From Chiloscyllium plagiosum (lineage: Eukaryota), in assembly GCF_004010195.1 (NCBI RefSeq), contig NC_057719.1, positions 61,672,467 through 61,736,466 on the forward strand: 64,000 nucleotides of DNA, in the 5' to 3' direction. The notes beneath the pieces were generated by a model. That model was not told where the DNA came from. It saw only the letters and a program-made list of their open reading frames with translations, and ran no database searches. Below, piece by piece: positions 12,854-24,108 of the stretch; position 1 is the stretch's first letter; each line of letters opens with the position of its first letter. The position numbers and the translations under genes were made by a program.

Positions 12854-13084
12854 CTGAAAGTACAAATTTGGCAACTGGCAGTATCCTAAGCAATGGGCAC
12901 AGGTTAATATTGCATTGCAATCTCCACGTATTTTCTTGAAGGTCATGAAGTTTACAACCTGCCCCCAATAATGCCTAATGTACTTTGAAGGCTAATTTTG
13001 TTTGATAATATTCCTATAAAGTGCCTTGAGATTTTTTACTAGGTTAATTAAACAATAAAAATGCAGATTTTTCTTGTATCATAG

Positions 13085-15330
13085 AAATTTTAGGAAAAAT
13101 GCAACGACCAGCACCAACTGCTGCAAGTAGCTTTTTCTGACCTCAAGAAAGCCTTTCAATCTGTGAACTGGAAAGTCTTATGAAGTATTTTCCCCAATTT
13201 TGGCTTCCCTCAGATGTCATGCAATGCCTTCACAATGTCATGCAAGCCTTGATCCTGATCAACAGAACCAGTACAGACCCTATCGCAGTGAAGTCAGAGC
13301 TCAAACAAAGTCATTGCATCAACCCTTTTCTCAATATGAAACCTCTCCTCCAGCAAACTATCGAGAGTACAGACAGTTGGAAAACTGATCAATCTATGTT
13401 ACTTTCAATTCAAAACAAAAATCACTCCAATCTCAGTTATTGAGTTTCAGTATGCAGTACATTTGTGTGTGTGTAATCACTCAGAAACTGACTGCCGGGT
13501 CATTGTTAATTTTCTCTCCAATGGTTATGAGAAAGTAAGCCTTTAACAAAACATCTGGAAAAGTATGGACCTCCTCCAACCAGCTCCGCAGCATAAGGGA
13601 AGATGTTTAAACATTTCCATGGACATACAAAGAACAAAGAACAAAGGACAAAGAACACCACATCATAGGTACAGGCCCTTTGGTCCTTCAAGCCTGCGCC
13701 AACACATTTTACCCTTTCATACAAAAACTGTCTTCACTTATAGGATCCGTACCCCTCTATTCCCTTCCTATTCATGTATTCGTCCAGGTACTTCTTGAAT
13801 GCTGCTATTGAGTCTGCTTCCACCACCTCCTCTGGCAGCCTGTTCCAGTCACTCACGACCCTTTGTGTAAAAAACTTGCCTCACGCATCTTTCTTAGCCT
13901 TCTCCCACCCTGCACCTTGAACCTGTGTCCCTTAGTAATTGATCCCTCCACCCTGGGGAGAATGCCTCATACTTCATACTCTCTCCATGCCATTTACAAA
14001 CTCATAAACGTCTGTCAGGTCGCCCCTCAACCTCCTGCATTCCAGTGAAAACAAACTCAGTCTATCCAACCTTTCCTCATAGCTAAAATCCCCCATACTA
14101 TGCAAATCCTGACATATTTTTTGTCTATACCTTTTCCAAAGATCCCCATCATTCTGGTAATGAGATGACCAGAACTGTATACAATATTCCGAGTGTGACC
14201 TAACTAAAGTTTTATAAAGTTGCAGCATAACTTGTCTATCCCTATACTCAATGCTCCTTCCAATGAAGGTGAGCATGCCATAAGTCTTTTTTTATAACTT
14301 TATCTACCTTCAGTGATCTGTGGACCTGTACACTCAGATCCCTCTGCATATCAATACTCCTTAGGGTTCTGCCATTCACTATATAATCTCCATCTGTACT
14401 TGATTTTCCAAAATGCATCACCTCATATTTTCCCGGATTAAACTCCATCTATCATTTTCCTGCCCATACCTCCTCTGACAATCCTCCTCACTGTCTGCAA
14501 CACCACCAATCTTTGTATTGACTGCAAACTTACAACTTAGCCCAGCTACATTTTCCTCCAAATCATTTACCACAAACTGTAGAGGTGCCAGCACTGATCC
14601 CTGTGGAACACCATAACCTCCATTCCAAAAAGCATCCTTTCACTGCTACCCTCTGTCTCCTATGACTAAGCTAGTTCTGTATCTATCTTGTCAGCTTACC
14701 CCAATACCATGTGACTTCATCTTTTGTACCAGTCTGCCATGAGGGAACTCGTCAAAGACTTACTGAAGTCCATGTAGACAACATCAACTGCTTTTCCCTC
14801 ATCAGAAGTGGACTAGTTTCATACTGTAGGAGCTTTCTCTTAATGAAGTAAAACAAAAAATATTAAAATTCATCATTGTTACCAATGTACTAGTGCAGCT
14901 TTGACCTACTGAGGAAAAATGTGTTTGAGGACCATAATCTAAAGCCAGACACCAAGGTCCTGGTTTACCCAATTGTAGTGATCCCAATACTCTTTTTAGC
15001 TTCAGCAACATGAACAACTTACATGCCAGAGCTTCAAAGCATTGCAGAAGTGCCATTTCTTGTTTTTGCAAGACTACTAAATATCATGGAAATAAAGCAA
15101 CATTCTCTGCCAAATCAACATGACCAGAATTAAGGCACTAACCACTCAAAACTGCTCCTCTGGGCAGGATGTGTTGCTTGTATGTCTGAAGCAAGTGCTC
15201 TATCTGGAACTCAGATGCAGCAGGACGCTTCCAGGTGGATTGCACAAGTGCCGCCTGGAATCACAGATTCACAGAATCTTCAAAAGTTCCTGGAGGTCAA
15301 AATCCTCACCAAATCAAAGGAGCAGCTGGC
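13085..15330 (+). mobile_element. Highly decayed RTE-clade LINE (RT and C-terminal region), split by a CR1 insertion
   Basis: QHQLLQVAFSDLKKAFQSVN (RTE-type DLxKAFDSV), KQSHCI and 'gagtttcagtatgcag' (ELQYADD-like). Resumes after 14803 with decayed RTE-like C-terminal sequence. Confidence 0.65.
13628..14803 (-). mobile_element. 5'-truncated CR1 LINE
   Basis: ORFs MEFNPGKYEVMHFG and LQLYKTLVRSHSEYCIQFWS; (AAAGAAC)n tail at 13628. Confidence 0.92.
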
Positions 15331-15458
15331 TTACGATTGACCAGAATACAGAAGGTTCAGATCAAATGACAGTGGTCAACTCCAATAGTATAGTGATATC
15401 TTAATCTGACAATGTGTGCTTCGCTCTCAGTCAAAATAATCAAAACCCTTGGTACATA

Positions 15459-15683
15459 CAGTAATCCTCTATGTCCATGAAATCAGGAATCGTGAATTTG
15501 ATTAATCTGTGCCAAAAAATAAGTAACACCAAAAATCAACATCCCTGAGCAAAAAGTGAATAACCATGACTTTTAACCTATTTGTAACCTGTTATTAATG
15601 AGCTCCACACTTGCAAATTTCATCATTCGCAGGGTTTCATCATTCGCAGGAACAGTAGCCTTGCAGATACAGAGGAATGACTG
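15459..15683. mobile_element. Tc1/mariner (Tigger-like) MITE
   Basis: TA at 15457-15458 and 15684-15685; imperfect TIRs cagtaatcctctatgtc / gatacagaggaatgactg; internal duplicated tttcatcattcgcagg. Confidence 0.6.
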
Positions 15684-15883
15684 TACATGCTTTCTCATGC
15701 AATACGCTCTAAATTTCTAGCCACTAAATTTCTTCTTTCCAACAGAACAAAGCCGATTCCACACAATACCTACAAACAATATCTCTCTTTCAGCACACTA
15801 CAGAAACAAAAAGGTCTTTAAATCAATGGGATCAGGTCCAGTTATGCTACTAGAATAAAACTAGGCCATGAAGTAAATCCACA

Positions 15884-16357
15884 TTAGATTACTTACAGTG
15901 TGGAAACAGGCCCTTCGACCCAATAAGTCCACACCGACCCTTCGAAGAGCAACACACCCAGACCCATTCCCCTACATTTACCTCTTCACCTAACACTGGG
16001 GGCAATTTAACATGGCCAATTCACCTAACCTGGAGAAAGTGAGGACTGCAGATGCTGGAGATCAGAGCTTAAAAATGTGTTGCTGGAAAAGCGCAGCAGG
16101 TCAGGCAAAATTAAAGGAACAGGAAAATCGACATTTCAGGCATATGTCAATTCTCCTGTTCCTTTGATGCTGCGCTTTTCCAGCAATACATTTTTAAATT
16201 CACCTAACCTGCACAGTTTTGGACTGTGGGAGGAAACCCACGCAGACATGGGGAGAATGTGCAAACTCCACACAGACAGATGCCTGAGGCGAGAATTGAA
16301 CGCGGCTCTCTGGTGCTGTGAGGCAGCAGTGCTAACCACTGTGTCACCGTGCCACCC
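15884..16357 (-). mobile_element. Full-length HE1 V-SINE interrupted by a palindromic insertion
   Basis: tRNA-like head on the minus strand (gtggttagcactgctgcctcacagcacc...gttcaattc), V-domain 'gtgtggagtttgcacattctcccc', LINE-like tail. Confidence 0.9.
16033..16196. mobile_element. Penelope-like short palindromic insertion (centre deleted)
   Basis: Imperfect inverted arms; perfect 15-bp flanking duplication aattcacctaacctg (16018-16032, 16197-16211); same family as 59866. Confidence 0.8.
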
Positions 16358-16777
16358 ACATCTGACATTGTTTTAATCACAAAAAAATGATTGAATTCTG
16401 GGTGATTTGGTACAGGATAATATTTCAGAGCTGAATTTTACCAGATCTTGGCAAAGAGTCAGTGTTGACAAGTATGGTGGAGATTGTTTCTCCATGAGCC
16501 CCTGTGAGATTCACACATTACCAATCAATATTCACCTCATTACTGCATCCCAGTTGGCATCTGCTCATCTTATTCTCCCTGTAGCCACTAATTAATATAT
16601 TCAGTGCTGCCAGAGCTTCTCATGATTGCTGACATTCATGGTACATTTGAAGCCCAGCCATGCACCTGGTCAAGCACTGGCAGTCTACAGCTGCCTTTCA
16701 TAACGTTGAGGTCCTGGTGGAAAGGCAGTGCACATCGTCACTGTTTATGGAATATGCTCTGAGATGTTGATGACTTG

Positions 16778-17305
16778 GAGTCATAGAGTTGTATAGCACA
16801 AAAACTAATCCTTCAGTCCAACTCGTCCACCCCAACTAGATATGTGAAATTAATCTAGTCCCATTTGCCAGCATTTGGCCCAAATCCGTCTAAACCCTTC
16901 TCTTTCACATACCCACCCAGATGCCTATTAAATGTTATAATTGTCCGGGGATCCACTATCTCCTCTGTCAGCTCTTCCATATATGCACCACCCCCTGCAT
17001 GAAAAAGTTGTCCCTTAGGTCCCTTTTAAATCTTTCCCCTCTCACCCTAAACCTATGCCTGCTATTTTTGGGCTCCCCCACCCCAGGGAAAAGACCTATC
17101 CATTCCCCTTCCCGATTTTATAAACCAGGTCACCCCTCAGCCTCTGACACCACAGGGAAAGTAGCCTAAGTCTATTCAGCCTCTCCCTATAGCTCAAAGC
17201 CCCAACCCTGGCAACATACTTGTAAACTGCTTCTGAACCCTTTCAAGTTTCATTACACCCTTCCTATAGCAGGGAGACTAGAATTACATGCAGTATTCCA
17301 AAACT
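16778..17305 (-). mobile_element. CR1/HER1 LINE 3' fragment
   Basis: gagtcatagag tail and C-terminal ORF2 sequence shared with the copies at 19968 and 42684. Confidence 0.88.
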
Positions 17306-17329
17306 GAGGATCAGCGGAGCAAGCAACAA

Positions 17330-18030
17330 GCTAGATTGGTCACATAACCAATCTGACTTTCATATTGGGAATTGTCATCATCTCGTTTCTATCTGGAAGA
17401 TATCAATGTGGTGAGATTAACCATGCATGCCTCTTGCCTCTCACTAATGAAAATCCCATCTCACTATTCCACACTTGCCTGGAAAATGGGTCATTTTGCT
17501 CTCAAAATGAGGAATCTCCTGACTGCTGATCTCATGTGGCCGTTCACCATTCTTGCTGACATCCATGTTGTTTCATGGCTGGGAAAATTCAGCTTAAATT
17601 TTGTTTTTTTAAAGCATTGTTCAAATTCTTTCTGGCACCTACCATTTCAATCAGGTTAGACTGAAATTGTCTGTGTCCATTTTGCATAGGTCTGTTCCAG
17701 ACAGCAAATGACATCTGTCTCGCAATAGGAATTGCAATGAAATGATGGATTAAATAAATAACTGTAACAATACTCATTATTTTCCATCAAAAGTAATCAA
17801 ATGTTATTGAAGCACACTGACTCCAACATGTGTCTCCAATGGATCAAAGTGATGTGCTCAGTGTGTGAGTGAAGACAGGACTCTTTCTACTTTTGCCTGC
17901 TGCTTGTTTCTCATTTTTAGCTCACACTGCTGACTAACAATAATGTGAAAGAGGCAACTAATGATGCAACTCTGTCTATGTCAGTTCACAACCTCTCTAA
18001 TGACAAAATCCTCAGTTGTGCCTCCTCACA
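17330..18030 (-). mobile_element. Possible very old RTE endonuclease remnant
   Basis: Minus strand reads NMDV...QEIPHFESKMTHFPGK, loosely like the RTE DVxALQETR...YTFFWQG motif. Confidence 0.3.
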
Positions 18031-19294
18031 GTGACTCAAGATCACTTGCAAACCAAATGCCCAGTTATGGACAAATAGTTCCACTACCTTATGAATAGAT
18101 GGCCCAAGGAAGTGTAAGGTTCAAGAAGTTAAACCTGATAAAATAAAAAATTCTAGAGTGGATCCCAAAAAAGTACTGATGTCTAAATATGTCATCTTTT
18201 CAGGAAATCCTGCAACCAAGCAATGTCAAATGTGGTGTAGTGCATTCCTTTCAACTCAGCTGCAGATGTCACGAGAGGAACTCTGATGTTTGGGTGGCTT
18301 TAGATTTCCATAGACCTGCCTATGTGTCCATACTGGAGACCACACTTTAATTTCTCTACTGAACATTAACATTCCAGGGGAGACAGAAGTTATGAGTGAT
18401 AAACCCAGCTCCTTTTGACATGGAGAATGAGCGCTATGGACTGTTTTCAGCAGTGAAAGGATGCATTGTGTTCCACTAGTCATCCACTGCCCTTCTTAGA
18501 TTGAACAGCCCCCAACCAGTAAGGAGCTGATCTGCCTCAAATCCAGCTGCTTCGATGGGTGTTTGCAATGAGTATCTGCTCAACATGGGGACAGAAACCA
18601 TTGAATGTGCAGACAAATTAAATCAAGGAGAAGAATAATGAGCCAACTCTTCAATTGGCAATCTGGAACATCAGGACTTTATGCACAGGACTGGCAGATG
18701 TTATGCAGCCAACCATTAACTCATGTAAGACAGTAGTGATTGAAATGAATTAGCTGATCATTGACATAGCCCCCTTATAAGAGACTAGACTTTCCGAGAG
18801 GGAATCACTGAAAGAAAAACATGATGGCAGGATTTTACATTCCCCACCTGTAGATTTACTGACACAATAGAATTGCTCTGACGGTCTTACCATTGGATCC
18901 TGCCCCTCCCAATCTCTCTGCAACTTTACGATGGTTCAGATGAAGTCTAGGCTAGCATATCTGCCCTTGCTCCAGTTCTGACACTTAAGAAATAAATTAA
19001 GGAGCGCTTAAGGACTATTTCCCACTTAGCTTCAATTTTGAGGAGTTCAGGAGTCAGAGAAAAGCCTTGAAAATGACCCTTGGATCTGAGATGGTGGGTC
19101 CCTCCATCAATAGCCCCCTAACAACATTGGGCACTACCCATCATCCCAACAAGGTCATCACCTGTAAGTGCTCCCTCCCCCCAGTATCTTCACCAACAGC
19201 CCCAAACCACTATACCGAATCTCCTGGGCCTCACCACCATTCCTCACCTTGAGTCTTCCATAATTACTGGTCCTGGACTCATGGGATTGACAGA

Positions 19295-19615
19295 ATATTA
19301 GATTTGTGATACATAGAAGGAGGCCATTTGACCTATGTGTCTGCACTGCTGCTGTAAATGAACAGTTCACTTACTGCCATTCTCCTGTTTTTGCTTGCAT
19401 GCTGTCACTTTTCAAATTTCCATGGACATCCCTCTTGAATGCCACAATTGAACTGAATTCCACCATATTCTCTAACAGTGCATTCCAAACCCTAACCAGA
19501 AAAGATTTTTCCTGATATCACCCAAGTCTTTGACTGTAAACTTTAAATTGGTATCCTTCCTTTCTCAATACTTTCATGAGTGGGAACATTTTCTCCCTAT
19601 TCGCGCTGTCCAGAC
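19295..19615 (-). mobile_element. Old CR1-type LINE 3' end
   Basis: 'agaaggaggccatttgacc', 'cagtgcattccaaaccctaacca' and 'gggaacattttctccctatt' are typical of the reversed CR1 3' region. Confidence 0.6.
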
Positions 19616-19750
19616 TAAGTTCAAAGCAGAAATGCTGTTGTCATAGAGACATCAACCATATAAAAACCTATCAGATTAAAACCACCAGCAAGGTGACTTG
19701 AGCAGATGCTCTATGGCAATTTCTACATAGAGCGCAGAAGCAAAATGGAA

Positions 19751-19951
19751 CAAAAGCAAATATTGCTGGAAACATTGAGCAGGACTGGCAGCATCTGTGA
19801 AGAGAAATCAGAGTTTAGGCTTCCTCAGACCAGACACAAAATGTTAACTCTGATTTCTCTTCACAGATGCTGCCAGATCTGCTGAGCTTTTCCAGCAACG
19901 TTTATTTTTGTTTCTGATTTACAGCATCCACAGATCTTTCAGTTTTTATTT
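19751..19951. mobile_element. Penelope-like short palindromic insertion (older subfamily)
   Basis: Inverted arms ctggcagcatctgtgaagagaaatcagagtt / aactctgatttctcttcacagatgctgccag; flanking duplication agcaaaat(g/t)gaa at 19739-19750 and 19952-19963. Confidence 0.8.
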
Positions 19952-19967
19952 AGCAAAATTGAATGTT

Positions 19968-21490
19968 GAGTCATAGAGTCATAGAGATGTACAGCACGGA
20001 AACAGACCCTTCGGTCCAACTCGTCCATGCCGACCAGATATCACAACCCAATCTAGTCCCACCTGCCAGCACCCAGCCCATATCCCTCCAAACCCTTCCT
20101 ATTCATATACCCATCTAGATGCCTTTTAAATGTTGCAATTGTATGAGCCTCCACCACTTCCTCTGGCAGCTCATTCCATACACGTGCCACCCTCTGAGTG
20201 AAAAAGTTGCTCCTTAGATCTCTTTTATATCTTTCCCCTCTCACCTTAAACCTATGCCCTCTGGACTCCGCCACCCCATGGAAAAGACTTAATCTATTTA
20301 TCGTATCCATGCACTTCATAATTTTACAAAACTTGACAAGATCACACCTCAGCCTCGATGCTCCAGGGAAAACAGCCCCAGCCTATTCAACCTCTCCCTA
20401 TAGGTCAAATCCTCCAACCCTGGCAACATGCTTGTAAATCTTTTCTGAACCCTTTCAAGTTTCACAACATCTTTCCAATAGAAAGGAGACCAGAATTGCA
20501 CACAATATTCCAACAGTGGCCTAACCAATGTCCTGTACAGCCACAACATGACCTCCCAACTCCTGTACTCAATACTCTGACCAATAAAGGAAAGCATACC
20601 AAACTATCCTATCTACCTGCGACTGCACTTTCAAGGAGCTATGAACCTGCACTCCAAGGTCTCTTTGTTCAGCAACACTCCCTAGGACCTTACCATTCAG
20701 CGCATATGTCCTGCTAAGATTCACTTACCCAAAATGCAGCATCTTGCATTTATCTAATTTAAACTCCATCTGTCACTCCTCAGCCAATTGGTCCATCTGA
20801 TCAAGATCCCGTTGTAATCTGAGATAACCTTCTTCACCGTCCACTACACCTCCAATTTTGGTGTCATCTGCAAACTTACCAACTATATCTCTTATGCTTA
20901 CATCCAAAACATTTATATAAATGATGAAAAGTGGTGGATCCAGCACCAATTCTTGTGACACTCCATTGGTCACAGGCCTCCAGTCTGGAAAACAACCTTC
21001 CACCACCACCCTCTGTCTTCTACCTTTGAGCCACTTCTGTATCCAAATGGCTAGTTCTCCCGATATTCCATGAGATCTAACCTTGCTAACCAGTCTCCCA
21101 TGAGGAACCTTATCCAACACCTTACTGAAGTCCATATAGAGCATGTCTACCACTCTGCCCTCATCAATCCTCTTTGTTACTTCTTCAAAAAACTCAATCA
21201 AGCTTGTGAGGCATGATTTCCCACGCACAAAGCCATGCTGACTATCCCTAATTAGTCTTTGCCTTTCCAAATACATGTATATCCTGTCCCTCAGGATTCC
21301 CTCCAACAATATGCCCAACACTGATGTCAGGCTCACTGGTCTATAGTTCCCTGGCTTGTCTTTACCGCCCTTCTTTAATAGTAGCACCACTTTAGCCAAC
21401 CTCCAGTCTTCCAGTACCTCACCTGTGACTCGATGATACAAATATCTCAGCAAGGGGCCCAGCAATCACTTCCCTGGCTTCCCACAGAGT
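19968..21490 (-). mobile_element. 5'-truncated CR1/HER1 LINE (RT domain)
   Basis: 230-aa ORF with NYRPVSLTS, QHGFVRGKSC and KFADDTK; (GAGTCATA)n tail. Confidence 0.95.
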
Positions 21491-22589
21491 CACTATCTAC
21501 AATATTACAATCTCAACACATAGGAAACAAGAGTAGAAAAAAGCTGACTGGTTTGAAGCTATCATCACTGAGATGGAACTTGTTAATGAAGCAATTGATC
21601 TATTCTCAACAATTACGAGACATCTGAAGATTGTGAATGTACTAACAGTCATATAAATTACTACTGGGTACAAACTTGCTCAAACATCTGGATGCCTTTC
21701 AATGCAGGGGGTGCTAGGGCCATGCATGAAAGGATTAAAGTGGCTACAGATCCATTAGCAAAACAAAACAGCTCATTTAAAGCAAAGGTATAGGAGGCCA
21801 TCACTAACTACAATATATACAGTTGGAGAAATGGCTAGAACATTACCTAAGTTTACTGTCACTGAAGAAGCTCTAGTCACTATAGTGAGCTAACTTCAAA
21901 CTCCAGGAGAAGACCCGCTTGCAATGGGCAGAAGTCTGGTGCTGATACTGCACATGAACTCATGTAATGTAGTATAATTGGAAATAAATATGCTAATGAT
22001 AATGAGGTAGAAGATACTGATAGTCTGACATCAATTGAGACATGATTTGTGTGGAAGAGAAGAAGAATGGAAACAGTAAGAGTGAGCTGTAATCAGTAGG
22101 ATATGTGTATTATTAATAGAGGTGTTATGGGTCATACTGAGAGTGAGAGAGAGAGTTACTCAGAGAAAAAGATAGCACAAGCTCAAAGAGTTCAGTCGAG
22201 AAACGTGATGGCCAAGAGAGCCTATGTCGGTAAAATCCAAGAAGTAACAATGATACAGACTTAAGTCTGTAGGAGTAGCATATTCCACAGATCAGACTGT
22301 AACAACATAAGGCATGCTAGCAGAGTATTTATTTAAGGCAAGGTGAAGCATCAAGCAAGAGAAACAAGTACTCCAACTGTATCTGCGTGAACTTGTCTGT
22401 ATCTACTGGACCAAGGGGCAATGCCCATAATTGGAGTCTTAAGAATGCTTACCTCCATTCTGTAGCAGCCAGTCAGGTCCCTGTCACTAAGAAATTTCCT
22501 CAGCATGTGACAAGAATATATGGGGTGCAGTCCTGGTGATTTTCCCAGCCCCTCCAACCTCCTCTCCTTGGGACTAGACACATTCCACC

Positions 22590-22850
22590 ATCTCAGCATA
22601 GCCTCAAATTCCTTTTGGCTAATACGTTTATCTGGCTTCTCCATAAATACATCTGTACTACTTGCCTGAATTATATTGTTTGGTCGTGATTTTCTTAATG
22701 CCCCACTCTGGATAAAGAAGATTCTCCTCTGATGAATTTGATTTCTTAGTGATTATTTTACATTGATGGTCTCTAAATTTGCTCTTTCCTGCACGTTAAA
22801 ACTTTCTCTCTGTACCTAGTCAATTACTATACATAGTGAAGACACTTAAA
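22590..22850 (-). mobile_element. Old CR1-type 3' fragment
   Basis: 'ccactctggataaagaagattctcctc' and flanks resemble the reversed CR1 3' coding end. Confidence 0.45.
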
Positions 22851-23752
22851 AAATCAGAATGCTAAAATTAATGCCAATCTCTGCGAATAGGCAGTGCTCA
22901 AGGTGCTAAAGACCAAAGGGGAGGGAGCAATTTTGCATCATTGTTACAAATTGTTCTGAAATGAACTTTTCTTCCTACCACTCCGATTACTTCCCTTCCA
23001 GTGATAAGCTTGGAGAGTGGTAAGCTGCAGACAGGGCAGAGAGTTGTATTTGATTGACATGAGATTTTGACATCAATCGTTCCATGGTGATGACCATCAA
23101 TTCTACACCAATTGGGCTGTGCAAGTGGATTTACGTGGCAGGTGGAGGGTAAAGCTCTGGTAACACAACTGGAATCACTGGGGAATCAAAATGTATCCAT
23201 GAATCTACAAATATGGTTATGCCTTTTGACATTAAGTTAATTATTTTGTTTTAAAATGTTACCATACTTGATTTACTAACTTTCCTCTCAAATTCCTTCT
23301 CTATAATTTCTCTGAAATATAACTTACTGCTGCATTCATAATGTGCCCAGTATATTCCAGTTAATTTTAATGATATTTTGAGGCGATGAGGTTATTTTTA
23401 ATATCAATTGGACAATTAAATTCGGTGCATTTTCAGTAATGACAATCTAGCTCTTGGTAAGGTAATCATCGATTGTGATTACATGAACTTTAACACAAAA
23501 CCTGCAACATGGAATTCTCTGGACTCCTTAATGAAAGCAACTCAATTCCTCTTAAGAAAGCAAGTAACTGATTTTGGATAATTGCTGCTGTTCTTTCATA
23601 CATTTGTGCGAAGGTTGTGTTTTATACAGCCTGTCATGATCATAGGTTAGAACCTTCGAGGAGAAAGTGAGGTCTGCAGATGCTGGAGATCAAAGTTGAA
23701 ACTTTATTGCTGGAACAGCACAGCAGGTCAGGCAGCATCCAGGGAACAGGAG

Positions 23753-23788
23753 ATTCGACGTTTCGGGCACAGGCCCTTCTTCAGAATT
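23753..23788 (-). ncRNA. Minimal hammerhead ribozyme core (antisense arm)
   Basis: Minus strand: AATT-CTGAAGA-A-GGGC-CTGT-GCCC-GAAA-CG-TC-GAAT; helix I weak. Confidence 0.5.
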
Positions 23789-23821
23789 CCTGAAGAAGGG
23801 CCTGTGCCCGAAACGTCGAAT
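23786..23821 (+). ncRNA. Minimal type I hammerhead ribozyme (Penelope-associated type)
   Basis: ATTC-CTGAAGA-A-GGGC-CTGT-GCCC-GAAA-CG-TC-GAAT: CUGANGA and GAAA boxes, 4-bp helix II, palindromic ACGU helix III, 4-bp helix I. Predicted cut after C23817. Confidence 0.7.
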
Positions 23822-23996
23822 CTCCTGTTCCCTGGATGCTGCCTGACCTGCTGTGTTGTTCCAGCAATAAAGTTTCAACTCATAGGTTCGAACACCAAAG
23901 TACTGTGGACATTTTTAACTTTTACTTCCAAAATGTGTTTTTTAGAAGTAGACTCATAGAGCCAAAAGTGGCTCCAATGTAAATTAAGAGGCTGTC

Positions 23997-24030
23997 TGAA
24001 GAGAGAGAGAGAGAGAGTGAGAGAGAAAGA
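23997..24030. repeat. (GA)n microsatellite
   Basis: gagagagagagagagagtgagagagaaaga. Confidence 0.85.
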
Positions 24031-24108
24031 AATAAAGATACTCAGAGTACCACACCTACAAATGTGAAGGCAACTGCAAAGAGCCCTTCAAAGGGGAGAA
24101 GAGTAAGT

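Larger units (their letters stand above)
19620..21900 (+). mobile_element. Decayed RTE LINE linker-region fragment hosting two younger insertions
   Basis: AEAKW before 19750, then TIYN, DWFEA, YWVQTCSNI, MHERIK and QLEKWLEHY after 21490, typical of the RTE EN-RT linker. Confidence 0.6.
23656..23880. mobile_element. Young Penelope-like palindromic insertion with two hammerhead cores
   Basis: Near-perfect arms of about 90 bp around gaattc; flanking duplication tcataggtt(a/c)gaac (23640-23653, 23880-23893); the left arm has an extra 38-nt tail. Confidence 0.88.

Noticed and set aside
18200..18760. Possible decayed GIY-YIG (Penelope) endonuclease
   Set aside because: Only faint resemblance and no clear YIG/YVG motif, so no autonomous partner is claimed in this window.
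23327..23501. Minus-strand segment with good AG and GT signals
   Set aside because: Stops in all three frames; a non-coding exon or conserved element cannot be shown from the sequence.
23690..23959. Repeated ORFs MKLYCWN(S/N)TAGQAASREQEIRRF on both strands (also 28368-28783)
   Set aside because: A by-product of the palindromic element; non-ATG starts and no protein motif.
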